A stretch of 64,000 nucleotides of DNA, from NCBI GenBank assembly GCA_964630905.1, contig CAZVWR010000006.1, positions 6,232 to 70,231 of the forward strand. The letters are read 5' to 3'. Below the pieces are notes generated by a model, which was not told the origin of the DNA, made no database searches, and saw only the letters and a program-made list of their open reading frames with translations. Made by a program: the position numbers and the translations under genes. Shown in pieces: positions 53,651-63,156 of this stretch. How positions within the stretch are numbered: the stretch's first letter is position 1; every line of letters begins with the position of its first letter. The stretch comes from an uncultured Spirochaetales bacterium (GTDB taxonomy: Bacteria; UBP6; UBA1177).

Positions 53651-55450
53651 ATGTTAGAATTAATAACGGAGAAATGTATGTCTCAAAAGATTGAAAGTGA
53701 CAAGCTGCTGGTAAAGGATGTTTTTACAAAGTGGTATAGAATTCCAGAGTATCAGCGTCCTTATGTTTGGGGGTCTGATCAAGTGATTGAGCTGTTGGAT
53801 GATGTGTATCAAGCAAGCAGCACGAATCCCCAATCTCAATATTTTCTTGGTTCGATGGTTCTGAGAAAAAGACAAAAAAAAGAAGGTTCTCTTGAATATG
53901 AAGAGTTTGACTTGCTTGATGGACAACAACGGCTAACCACCTTGTTTCTTCTTACTGCTGTAGTGCGAGATTTAACCCCATCAACAAACAAAAGCAGGAT
54001 TGAAACATGTAGAAATAGCATTTTCCAGATGGAAAACAGTGATGACAACATTCCCGAAAGAATGAGAATCGTTTTTGACATAAGAGATAAGGTTCGAGAT
54101 TTTATAAATAATTTTGTTAAAAATGATAAAAGCACAGAAAACGAGGATGAATTAAAATCACTTTCAGTAAAAAAAGACGAAGATATCTCAATAAGAAATA
54201 TGGCCAATGCAATCTTAGAAATGAGAAAATACTTTAGCAATAATAGCAAGTCTATTGATAATTTTTTCCCGTATTTGCGTTCTAATGTGTTGATGATTTA
54301 TGTTGCTGCAGAAGAACTTGAAGATGCCTTCCATCTCTTTACAGTGATGAACAACAGGGGCATTAAGCTGAGAAATAGTGATATTTTAAAAGCCGAAAAT
54401 CTTGCACTAGTTAAGAATGAAGTTGACAGGTCTTCTTACGCTAGAAAATGGGAAAATATTGAAGAGTTTTTTGGTGAAGATTTTGATAATTTCCTTTCTC
54501 ATATTAGAACAATTCTTGTTAAATCCAAAGCAGGATATAATTTGTTAAAGGAGTTCGAAGAAAATATCTATAATCCGCGTGAATTTGACCGTGAAATAAA
54601 AGAATATAAAAGTAAGCCGGCATTGTTGACAAAAGGAAAGGAAACATTTGATTTTATTGGAAAATACCATGAGCACTACAAATTTCTTTTTGAAGATGAA
54701 AATTACCAGATAAACAATAATTTTGAGTTTCACAACCTAATTGTTCTTATGAAAAAAGGATTTGAGGCTGATTTTTGGATAGCGCCTCTTTTACGGTATT
54801 ATGATAAATTCAGAACAAATAACTTGGTTGAATTTTTAAAAAAGCTTGATAACAAGTTTTCATCAGACTGGATAATAGGACTGACTCCTACTTCCAGAAT
54901 AGAAAATGTGAATGCTATAATTAGGAAAATAGACAATTCAGATAAATCGGAGGCAGTTTTAAATTCTAAGACCTTGCAAATCAATATTGATAGACTAATT
55001 GATGCTATACATTCACCAATGTATGGTAGAAGGTGTGCAAAGTATATTATGTTAAAAATAGATAAAATTATTTTGGGTAGTAGCACAAAGCTTAATCCTC
55101 CAGAAACGGTTAGCATTGAACATATACTTCCACGGAATCCAAGTCCAGGAAGTGAATGGCTAAAAATATTTAATGAGTCAGAGCGAGAAGAGCTTACAGA
55201 TAAAATTGGCAACCTAATGTTGATCTCCCGGAGAAAGAATTCTTCTCTAAATAACTATGATTTCAAGTTTAAAAAAGAGAAATACTTTAAAGAAAACATA
55301 GAATTATTTAGCAATTCAATAAGAATATACAAGGATAACTCGAATTGGTCTCCAGACAGCCTGAAAAAAAATCATTTATTCCTTTTAAAAGAAATAGCGA
55401 AGGAGTATGGTTTTTCTCTAAGCGAAGAATTTATGAAGACTTATGAATAA
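53651..55450 (+). CDS. GmrSD-type DUF262/DUF1524 nuclease (putative type IV restriction / defence)
   Basis: 599 aa (an alternative in-frame ATG at 53678 follows GGAGA). DUF262 motifs IPEYQRPYVWG and LLDGQQRLTTLFLL. DUF1524 His-Me finger context SIEHILPRNP...IGNLMLISRRKNSSLNN. Visibly more AT-rich than its neighbours. Confidence 0.8.
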   Translation: MLELITEKCMSQKIESDKLLVKDVFTKWYRIPEYQRPYVWGSDQVIELLDDVYQASSTNPQSQYFLGSMVLRKRQKKEGSLEYEEFDLLDGQQRLTTLFLLTAVVRDLTPSTNKSRIETCRNSIFQMENSDDNIPERMRIVFDIRDKVRDFINNFVKNDKSTENEDELKSLSVKKDEDISIRNMANAILEMRKYFSNNSKSIDNFFPYLRSNVLMIYVAAEELEDAFHLFTVMNNRGIKLRNSDILKAENLALVKNEVDRSSYARKWENIEEFFGEDFDNFLSHIRTILVKSKAGYNLLKEFEENIYNPREFDREIKEYKSKPALLTKGKETFDFIGKYHEHYKFLFEDENYQINNNFEFHNLIVLMKKGFEADFWIAPLLRYYDKFRTNNLVEFLKKLDNKFSSDWIIGLTPTSRIENVNAIIRKIDNSDKSEAVLNSKTLQINIDRLIDAIHSPMYGRRCAKYIMLKIDKIILGSSTKLNPPETVSIEHILPRNPSPGSEWLKIFNESEREELTDKIGNLMLISRRKNSSLNNYDFKFKKEKYFKENIELFSNSIRIYKDNSNWSPDSLKKNHLFLLKEIAKEYGFSLSEEFMKTYE

Positions 55451-57056
55451 TAATATTAACCCCCAATACGACACAATAATCATAGGTGCGGGACTTAGCG
55501 GTCTGACTTGCGGAGCGCTGCTCAGTCGTGCCGGGATGAAAGTTGCTGTGCTTGAAATGGATGCGAAACCCGGTGGTTATCTTGCGGGTTTTGAAAGGAA
55601 GGGTTTCCGTTTTGATTCTTCGATCCACTGGCTTAATCAATGTGGTGAAAACGGTCTTGTGACAAGGGTTTTTAATGCGATAGATACTGATCATCCGAAA
55701 GTTTCTTTGCAGCAAAACATCAGAAAAACGGTGACAGATTCGTTCAGTTATCTTCTTACAAACAATCCAGATGAATTGAGAGATGCTCTGATTGAAAAGT
55801 TCCCTCATGAAAAGAGCGGAATAATGCGGTTTTTTAAAGATGCATGGAAGATCGCAAAAGGTTTTAAAAATTACGGAAGCAGTTTTCGCAGTATGCAGAC
55901 AAGGGATCTTTTTGAAAAGCCGTATTACGGATTGAAAATGGCAAAGTTCGGGCTGACATTCATTCCGCACGCTTTCTACGGTGGGGATGAAGGGGTTATT
56001 AAAGGTCTGAAAAGATATTTCAGCGATCCGGATCTTCTTAAATTCTGGTCTGCCGAAAGCGATCTTCTTTCGTGTCTTATCCCTATCGCATGGGCTTACA
56101 ACAAAGATTTTCAGCTTCCTCCGACTGGTGGCGGACAGGTTTTTGCAAACTGGCTTTCAGGATCAATTGTTAAATCAGGCGGGGATATATTTTATAAAAC
56201 AAAAGCAGGGAAAATTGTTAATGCCCGGAAAAAAGCAGTTCAGGTAATTGCAAATAATAATGGAACTGAACTTAAATTTGATGCCCGTTTTGTAGTTGCG
56301 GCAATGGATGTGGAAACCCTTTATGAAAAAATAATGGACATTTCACTTTCTGAAGACAAGTTCCTGAAAAGATTGAGAAATGCAGAGCTTTACAGTTCAG
56401 CGGTAACAGTCTCGATCGGGCTTGACTGTCCTGCGGAATCGCTTGGATTTAATGATGATCTGACATTGATATCAAAAGAGAACATAAAGAGGTCTGACCA
56501 TATCTGCAGCGATCCTTTGAAAAGCGACATATCGGTTTTTTCTCCTTCAGTCAGAGACAGTTCAATGGCTCCTGCCGGTAAAGGGACTCTCACAATATAC
56601 TGTCCTGCATATTACAGTGATTTCAAAGAGTTATCTAAAGATGAATATGTGAAATTCAAAAATGATTTTGCACGGATTCTCATTGACCGTGTTGAAACGG
56701 CATTATCAAAAGAGATCCAATCTCATATTGAGTTCATGGATGTTGCAACTCCTGTCACATATCACCGCTACACAGGTAACAGAGAAGGCGTAATGATGGG
56801 TGCAAGACCGGGAAAGGCAAATTATAAAGCAAAAATAGCACATTACAAAACGCCGCTTGAAAATGTTTTCCTGTGCGGTCACTGGTCTGCTCTGGGCGGA
56901 GGTGTTCCTATCGCAGTTTCAACTGCTGCAAATGCGGCATTGCTTGTCCTGAAAAAGGATAAAAGCACTGTTTTTAAACCGCTTGGTAAATATTTTGACG
57001 GTTCAGTTTCAGTTCAAGACTTTAATAAGTATTTGAAAAGATCGAAAAATATCTAG
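55443..57056 (+). CDS. FAD-dependent oxidoreductase, phytoene desaturase (CrtI-like) family
   Basis: 537 aa. N-terminal dinucleotide fold YDTIIIGAGLSGLTCGALLSRAGMKVAVLE. C-terminal GHWSALGGGVP. Confidence 0.8.
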   Translation: MNNNINPQYDTIIIGAGLSGLTCGALLSRAGMKVAVLEMDAKPGGYLAGFERKGFRFDSSIHWLNQCGENGLVTRVFNAIDTDHPKVSLQQNIRKTVTDSFSYLLTNNPDELRDALIEKFPHEKSGIMRFFKDAWKIAKGFKNYGSSFRSMQTRDLFEKPYYGLKMAKFGLTFIPHAFYGGDEGVIKGLKRYFSDPDLLKFWSAESDLLSCLIPIAWAYNKDFQLPPTGGGQVFANWLSGSIVKSGGDIFYKTKAGKIVNARKKAVQVIANNNGTELKFDARFVVAAMDVETLYEKIMDISLSEDKFLKRLRNAELYSSAVTVSIGLDCPAESLGFNDDLTLISKENIKRSDHICSDPLKSDISVFSPSVRDSSMAPAGKGTLTIYCPAYYSDFKELSKDEYVKFKNDFARILIDRVETALSKEIQSHIEFMDVATPVTYHRYTGNREGVMMGARPGKANYKAKIAHYKTPLENVFLCGHWSALGGGVPIAVSTAANAALLVLKKDKSTVFKPLGKYFDGSVSVQDFNKYLKRSKNI

Positions 57057-57706
57057 CTTCCGAAAAGCTTCCTTTTTACTTCCTTTGAATATGTGTAGGC
57101 ACTTGTAACACTGAAAAAGATCGATCCCCAGATAAGGATATAGCCCCATAATCTCGGATCCCAGTCGATATTAAAAAGTCCTTTCAATGTATTCTGATTA
57201 ATCATGAAAAAAGGGAGCGCGAACATTTGGAACATTGTTTTCATTTTGCCACCCTGACCTGCGACTACGACAACTCCTCTTTCAACGGCTACAGAACGGA
57301 TGCCGAAAATATAAAACTCCCTCGCAAGGATTATGATGACTGGAAGAACATGCATTTCACCCATCGATACAAGAAGAACAAGAGTGAGATTTACAATGAA
57401 CTTGTCGGCAAGAGGATCAAGAAGCTTGCCTGTCACTGTGACCGTTCCGTGCTTTCTTGCGATATATCCGTCAAAGAAATCTGTTACTGTCGCTATTGTA
57501 TAAAATATCCATGACCACAATCTTGAAACCGGTGTGTCATACCATATCAGGAAGAGGACGAAGGGGACGAAAAATATCCTGATCCCAGTAAGAAGATTCG
57601 GGATCGTAAGAACATCCTTCTTGAAGTTTATCAATCTGTCAATGATGACCTTTCTTCTGCCGAAATCACCATTGTTCTTTTTATTTTTTCTGAATTTTTT
57701 CACCAT
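57053..57706 (-). CDS. pgsA: CDP-diacylglycerol--glycerol-3-phosphate 3-phosphatidyltransferase
   Basis: 217 aa. CDP-alcohol phosphatidyltransferase motif DFFDGYIARKHG...GKLLDPLADK. Multi-TM. Confidence 0.8.
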   Translation of the reverse strand: MVKKFRKNKKNNGDFGRRKVIIDRLINFKKDVLTIPNLLTGIRIFFVPFVLFLIWYDTPVSRLWSWIFYTIATVTDFFDGYIARKHGTVTVTGKLLDPLADKFIVNLTLVLLVSMGEMHVLPVIIILAREFYIFGIRSVAVERGVVVVAGQGGKMKTMFQMFALPFFMINQNTLKGLFNIDWDPRLWGYILIWGSIFFSVTSAYTYSKEVKRKLFGS

Positions 57707-58302
57707 AATTCCCTGCCCGTGTAATTCTTGTAGAAGTCTGACACCTTTTCAACATATGCAACTGTTTCGTTGAAAGGTGGTATTCCGTTATAATATGTGA
57801 CAGCGGCTGGCCCTGCATTGTATCCGGCAAGTGCATTTTTTGTGTTTTTAAACCGTTTGATCATTTTTTTAAGATAGAGTGTGCCGCCCATTATATTCTG
57901 TTCCGGATCGAATACATCTTTTACTCCCACCTCGGTCGCAGTTCCCGGCATAAGCTGCATCAACCCCTTTGCACCGGCGGAAGAGACAGCTTTTATGTCA
58001 AAAAGGGATTCAGCCTTAATTACACTTTTTATGAGATGAAAGTCAACTCCGTGTTTAATTGAAGCTTTCTGAATTATATTATCAAACTTTGACTCACTTC
58101 CCGGCTTAAGTGCATAGCCTTTTTTGTGTTTAACTTCACCTTTTGACTGGTAGAGAGGTTTGCATGAGCGGAGATCTACACACTGATTTGTGAATGTATA
58201 TCTATCCTTGATTGGATCATAAAAATAATAAATCCTGATGCTGGAGTAGAGCAGGGAGGTCGTTATCAGAAACAAAACCGAAGATCTCATAAGAAATTTC
58301 AT
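57700..58302 (-). CDS. lytic transglycosylase (SLT domain)
   Basis: 200 aa with a signal peptide. KAESLFDIKAVSSAGAKGLMQLMPGTA and LAGYNAGPAAV motifs. Confidence 0.8.
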   Translation of the reverse strand: MKFLMRSSVLFLITTSLLYSSIRIYYFYDPIKDRYTFTNQCVDLRSCKPLYQSKGEVKHKKGYALKPGSESKFDNIIQKASIKHGVDFHLIKSVIKAESLFDIKAVSSAGAKGLMQLMPGTATEVGVKDVFDPEQNIMGGTLYLKKMIKRFKNTKNALAGYNAGPAAVTYYNGIPPFNETVAYVEKVSDFYKNYTGRELW

Positions 58303-59627
58303 TTTTTACCCTGTTTTTCAAGAGATTCATAGTACATGAGCCGTTTTTTCAGCCCTTTTGCCCTGAAGTTGTCAGGCTGGAGCTTTGTTATTATGGTAAG
58401 AACCTTCATGCAGTCGGGGATAAGTTTCTGGAATTCATATATCTCTGCAAGGATAAAAAGAACTTCGATATCGGGGTCCTTTAACATTGTGAGTTTAAGA
58501 ATGTCTTCTTTTATCGGAGGATATTTGACACTCTTTTCAAAGTCGTTCCATCGCGGAGATTTTTTCCATATTGCAAGGACCTTTTTTTCCAGTGCGTCGG
58601 GGTTTTTAGTCTGATCGTAAATGAGTCCGAATATCTCTGCCGCACCTTCAAAGTTACCAAGGCGGAGCAACGCTGTCCCTTTGAAAATGGCTTCGTCATA
58701 TTCCTTCAAACGGGCAAAATCTGTTCTGCTTTTGATGGGCCCGTATCTTTTCATAAGCTTATCAATATCAGCTCTCTCCTGAGGATTTCTAAGCATTTCA
58801 TAATTTTCACTGACAACCCGGAAGAATTTTTCCGCCCGTTCCCTGTTGATGGCTATAACATCACCCAGACGGTCGGGGTGTATTTTCTGTACGATCTTCA
58901 GGTATGAGTTGTGAAGTGCTTTTTCATCAAAATCAGATGAAACCCCGAACAGATGATAGACATCCTTGAATTTTTCGTTGATATCAAGAAAATTCACAAG
59001 CTTCTGATCTTCACTAAGTTCAAAAACCTGTTCAACTGTTTCATCGTCACCCACCTTTTCATCGAACATATTGGTTCTATTCAGCATTTCCACTATGTTC
59101 GCCCGTTCTTCATCCGTTGATTTCACAACACTTGCAAATCGTGTGAGAAGAAGAAAGAAGATTGTCCTGTAGTGTTTTTTGAAATTGGAGAAGATCTCGA
59201 TCCGTTTCTGACCGATGAACGATTCAAGTTCTGTATGAAGAAAATTCATTGAGCTCGCATCAGGTCTGATCGAGAAGTGTTCTGTGGCAATGGGTTTTAT
59301 GGAGGCGACAATATAAGAGCGGTCGATATTCTCAACTATGCGGAAGATGAAATCAAGTGAGTCATATTCCTTAAGATTCATTTTAAATCCCTCAGGGAGT
59401 TCGGTCTTGAGCATGAAAAATGTGTCCGGCGGGAGTTTTGCAAGCTGAAGGAGAGGTCGCTCACAATAGGATTTGCCTCCTGTGATGATTATATTGAAAC
59501 GGTCTTCTCTGCCGATTACATTGACTATCCCTGAAAATTTCCCCAGATGAAGGGTGGAAAGAAGTTTCTCAATACGGATCTTCAGTTGTTTTTCTGAATT
59601 AATATACTGGCTTATAACATCGCTCAT
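58299..59627 (-). CDS. J-domain protein with TPR-like C-terminal region
   Basis: 442 aa. J-domain with HPD motif (YHLFGVSSDFDEKALHNSYLKIVQKIHPDRL). Helical repeat C-terminus. Confidence 0.7.
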   Translation of the reverse strand: MSDVISQYINSEKQLKIRIEKLLSTLHLGKFSGIVNVIGREDRFNIIITGGKSYCERPLLQLAKLPPDTFFMLKTELPEGFKMNLKEYDSLDFIFRIVENIDRSYIVASIKPIATEHFSIRPDASSMNFLHTELESFIGQKRIEIFSNFKKHYRTIFFLLLTRFASVVKSTDEERANIVEMLNRTNMFDEKVGDDETVEQVFELSEDQKLVNFLDINEKFKDVYHLFGVSSDFDEKALHNSYLKIVQKIHPDRLGDVIAINRERAEKFFRVVSENYEMLRNPQERADIDKLMKRYGPIKSRTDFARLKEYDEAIFKGTALLRLGNFEGAAEIFGLIYDQTKNPDALEKKVLAIWKKSPRWNDFEKSVKYPPIKEDILKLTMLKDPDIEVLFILAEIYEFQKLIPDCMKVLTIITKLQPDNFRAKGLKKRLMYYESLEKQGKK

Positions 59628-59634
59628 TTGACAT

Positions 59635-61296
59635 TTACATAAGAAAGTTTTCTTCGAGGGCCGTCATCAGACTGCCTCTTTCGCGGTCTGTTCTTTCCTG
59701 TATCTCTTTTAATTCAGACATATATTCCTGTTCCCGCCTCCCTTTAAGAAAAGGTTTTGCAACAGCCGGAAAAAGTTCAAGAAGGAGTGCATCTTTTTCA
59801 TTTAATGCAAGTTTCCTTCCGCCGAACTCTTTAAGTATTTCATTAGCCTGTTTTACATGTTTTGATGTGTCATACGGGATCTCTTCCCTGTGTCCTGCGA
59901 TCTTCTGTCTGAAATCGGGATCAACAGGCCACGGAGTATGACCATAAACTCCTTTTACAAGATTTACGAACTGAATCGAAGTGTTATCATAAAATCCTTT
60001 TTTCTGTTCTTCGTTTATTACGCAACTGACTGCCTGAATACCGACTATCTGGCTTGTGGGGGTTACAAGAGGAGGAACGCCTGCATCAAGCCGGACTATG
60101 GGAACGGTCTTGAGAACTTTTTCCAGAAGATGGCCGAGATTTGCCGCCTGAAGCTGCGAAAGCATGTTGGTGTACATTCCTCCGGGGATCTGAGCGATCC
60201 TGACAATTTCATCAGGAGCAGGGAAATTGAAATATTTTTCTATCGCCTGTGTCAGAGCGGTGACTTTGTCGGTGTCATCTTTTTTTGCGGCATCTATTGC
60301 ATCATCAAAAAGCTTGTCTATTTCGGGCGGAAGCTTATCTTTTGCAGGATCGAAATCGAGCGGGAACATTTTGTACTGATCAAAATCGCACAATTCCCGT
60401 CTCATTTCAAAGAGCTCTTTTCTGATCTTTCTTACTGCATCAAGATTTACACCGGTATCGATCCCGAGCTTTGTTGCAAAGACCTGTACAAGTTCAAAAG
60501 CCGGAGCCGCCGGACCGCCTGCAAAAGGCATAATTACGGTGTCAACAATGTCAACACCCTTCACTATAGCCATCAGGACGCTTCCGAGACCGTATCCCGG
60601 GGTACAGTGGGTGTGAAGGTCGATCGGTATTGAAACATTTTTTTTCAACGCCGATATGAGCAGAGATGAGGTTTCGGGATCTATCAGTCCTGCCATATCC
60701 TTTATGCTGATCATGTCGGCACCCATTTTTTCAAGCTCGATGGACTTTTTCACAAAGTAATCGACTGAAAAAAGGTTTGAAGGAAGTTTCTTCCCTTTTA
60801 AGAATGCGATTACTTTGTCTTTGAATGAGAATTTCGGATCGACGGTATAACAGACACAGCAGTCGGCTAAGCCATTGTTCTCCTTCACATATTTTATGGT
60901 GGACTTCATATTTTCAAGGTCATTAAGGGCATCAAATATTCTCATTATGTCAATACCGGACTTGATGGCATTACGGTTGAACCCTTCAATAACATCTTCA
61001 GGATAGGGATTGTATCCGAAGAGATTTCTTCCTCTTGAAAGTGCCGTGAGCTTGCTCGCAGAACCGATTCCCTCTTTAATCTTTTCAAGCCGGTCCCAGG
61101 GATCTTCATTAAGATAACGCATTATTGAATCCGGAACAGCTCCGCCCCACACTTCCATTGCATAGAAGTGAGCTTCCCGATACATTTTAAGGACCTTGTC
61201 CACCTGTTTCTGATTCATTCTTGTGGCAAACTGTGACTGCTGGCCGTCACGGAGAGTAAGATCTCTGACAAGGAGTTTTTTCATTTTCAACCTCAT
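59635..61296 (-). CDS. oxaloacetate decarboxylase alpha / pyruvate carboxylase B-type carboxyltransferase (5S) subunit, no biotinyl domain
   Basis: 553 aa. LTLRDGQQS, DLHTHCTPGYG and a PYC_OADA-like middle region. No AMKM biotin attachment motif at the C-terminus. Confidence 0.85.
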   Translation of the reverse strand: MRLKMKKLLVRDLTLRDGQQSQFATRMNQKQVDKVLKMYREAHFYAMEVWGGAVPDSIMRYLNEDPWDRLEKIKEGIGSASKLTALSRGRNLFGYNPYPEDVIEGFNRNAIKSGIDIMRIFDALNDLENMKSTIKYVKENNGLADCCVCYTVDPKFSFKDKVIAFLKGKKLPSNLFSVDYFVKKSIELEKMGADMISIKDMAGLIDPETSSLLISALKKNVSIPIDLHTHCTPGYGLGSVLMAIVKGVDIVDTVIMPFAGGPAAPAFELVQVFATKLGIDTGVNLDAVRKIRKELFEMRRELCDFDQYKMFPLDFDPAKDKLPPEIDKLFDDAIDAAKKDDTDKVTALTQAIEKYFNFPAPDEIVRIAQIPGGMYTNMLSQLQAANLGHLLEKVLKTVPIVRLDAGVPPLVTPTSQIVGIQAVSCVINEEQKKGFYDNTSIQFVNLVKGVYGHTPWPVDPDFRQKIAGHREEIPYDTSKHVKQANEILKEFGGRKLALNEKDALLLELFPAVAKPFLKGRREQEYMSELKEIQERTDRERGSLMTALEENFLM

Positions 61297-61480
61297 ATCC
61301 CAAACATTTCAAATATCACAAGCGATCACACGGAGGCATTTTATTAATAACGGCGCTTAATTCAATAATATTTACAAAAATACTTCTAAATTATCAGAAT
61401 ATATAAAAAATTGACTGTTTAAGCAGGTTCGTTATCATTCCACCGGAAAAAGAGTGTTTTGATTTTTTCAGGGTGTTAAA

Positions 61481-62314
61481 ATGAAAGTCCTTATCGCCGC
61501 TTCAGAGCTTCAGCCGTTTGCATCGTCAGGAGCTCTTTCTGAAACATTGAACTGTCTGATCTGCAGTATCTCAGGTTATTTAGATATCGAATTTGTAATG
61601 CCGCTCTACAGTATGATAGATGAGAACCAGTATGCGATAAAGCCGACAGGAAAGGGATTCCAGGTGCCTGTTGCAGATAAGATCGAAAATGCCGAGATCT
61701 GGGTGGGAAAACACCCTGAATCGGGTGTCAAGGTCTGGTTCGTCGCAAGCAGATACTTTGAAAGGGACGGGCTTTACGGCAATATTACAGGAGACTATCC
61801 TGACAACTCAGAAAGGTTCGTTTTCTTCTCAAGGGCGGTACTTGAACTTGCTAATGTCATATCAAGGCCGGACATAATTCACTGCAATGACTGGCAGACG
61901 GCACTGATTCCTCTTTACATGAAGGAAGTGTATCAGAAGAACGGACAGATGACAGATGTTAAGACAGCTCTTTTCATTCATGATGTAAGATTTCAGGGAA
62001 GGTTCTGGCTTTACGATCTCTATATCCTGAACCTCGGTTGGGAGGTCTTTTCGCCTGAAAAGCTCGAGTTCTATAACGACATTAATTTTCTGAAAGGCGG
62101 CATTGTTTACAGCGATGTTCTTTTTGCGGTCAATGCGGATTATCTTACCAGAATATGCAGTGATTTGGAAGGGTGCGGGCTTGACGGTATTTTAAGAAAG
62201 TACGGAGCAAAACTTTTCCCGGTCTGTGAAACCTGCAGAACTTTTTCGTGTGAGGACTGGAAAGGGGAAAGGCTCGGGAAAAGGATGCTTGAACTTTATA
62301 CCAGGTCTGTATGA
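61481..62314 (+). CDS. glycogen/starch synthase N-terminal domain-only protein (degenerate KTGGL)
   Basis: 277 aa. By-eye alignment to the GlgA N-terminal half (IIHCNDWQTALIPLYMK, LFIHDVRFQG, INFLKGGIVYSDVLFAVNADYLTRI, GLDGILR). ASSGALSETL replaces the KTGGLADV motif. No GT1 C-terminal domain. Confidence 0.7.
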   Translation: MKVLIAASELQPFASSGALSETLNCLICSISGYLDIEFVMPLYSMIDENQYAIKPTGKGFQVPVADKIENAEIWVGKHPESGVKVWFVASRYFERDGLYGNITGDYPDNSERFVFFSRAVLELANVISRPDIIHCNDWQTALIPLYMKEVYQKNGQMTDVKTALFIHDVRFQGRFWLYDLYILNLGWEVFSPEKLEFYNDINFLKGGIVYSDVLFAVNADYLTRICSDLEGCGLDGILRKYGAKLFPVCETCRTFSCEDWKGERLGKRMLELYTRSV

Positions 62315-63156
62315 AGAATCTCCTTTGCATTTCTTTTCTTTTGGTTCTTTTTAATGCTGAAGTATTTGCTGTCGGCGAAAAAGATGCCGATATCATTATG
62401 AAAATTGATGAAGGGATAATAAATCTTACAGAAAAATATATCATAATAACTGCAACAGGGACTCCCGGCATTAATATTTCAAATGTCAATACTGCCAGAA
62501 TAGATGCTGAAAAAACTGCACGGAGAAATTTAACTGTCCGTCTTGAAAAAGCTCTTTCAAAACTGATCCTTGAGAACGGAATCAGTCTTGGAAAATATCT
62601 TTCAGAAAAAAAAGAGACCGGATTTTTTACAGGTCTGATAAAGAAAGAGGACATTGGAGAACCTGTTTCTTCAAATTATTATTCAGACGGTTCAGCGGAC
62701 CTTCAGTACAATGTCCCGATATCGAAGTATCTTGGTCAGATAAAGTTAAAGACTATGCCTGATATATGTAAGAGCGATGATATAAAAACAACATCTTCCG
62801 GGAATTCCGGGAATCTTTCTGATGATGGAAAAGATGTCCTTGTCATCGAGATAAGGAACGGGAAATTAGATCCTGCTCTTTATCTTAAAATTGAAAATGA
62901 AAAAGGTGAGCTGGTCTACAGTTCGTGCATTTCTAAAACCGTGCCTCCAATGATGATAATGAAAGATCCAGGACGGCTTCTTGATGCATTAAGTTCAAAA
63001 GACAGTTTTATGACCGTCAATTCTCTTAAAATTAAGAACGGCTCTACTGTCGTGATAAAGAACACCGATTCCGAAAAGATATTAAATGAAATGAAACAAG
63101 GTTCTCTGAAGGAAGGTAAAGTAATATTCCTGATCAGAAACAAGGAGGGGAAATGA
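62311..63156 (+). CDS. secreted hypothetical protein
   Basis: 281 aa. Signal peptide MKNLLCISFLLVLFNAEVFA. ATGA overlap with both flanking genes. No family confidently recognised. Confidence 0.55.
   Translation: MKNLLCISFLLVLFNAEVFAVGEKDADIIMKIDEGIINLTEKYIIITATGTPGINISNVNTARIDAEKTARRNLTVRLEKALSKLILENGISLGKYLSEKKETGFFTGLIKKEDIGEPVSSNYYSDGSADLQYNVPISKYLGQIKLKTMPDICKSDDIKTTSSGNSGNLSDDGKDVLVIEIRNGKLDPALYLKIENEKGELVYSSCISKTVPPMMIMKDPGRLLDALSSKDSFMTVNSLKIKNGSTVVIKNTDSEKILNEMKQGSLKEGKVIFLIRNKEGK

Noticed and set aside
61481-62314. GlgA-like gene as a simple frameshifted pseudogene
   Set aside because: The downstream overlapping ORF begins with a signal peptide and shows no GT1-domain similarity in its frame. 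I saw no GlgA C-terminal motifs in the other frames by eye. It is therefore reported as a domain-only gene, pending a tblastn check.
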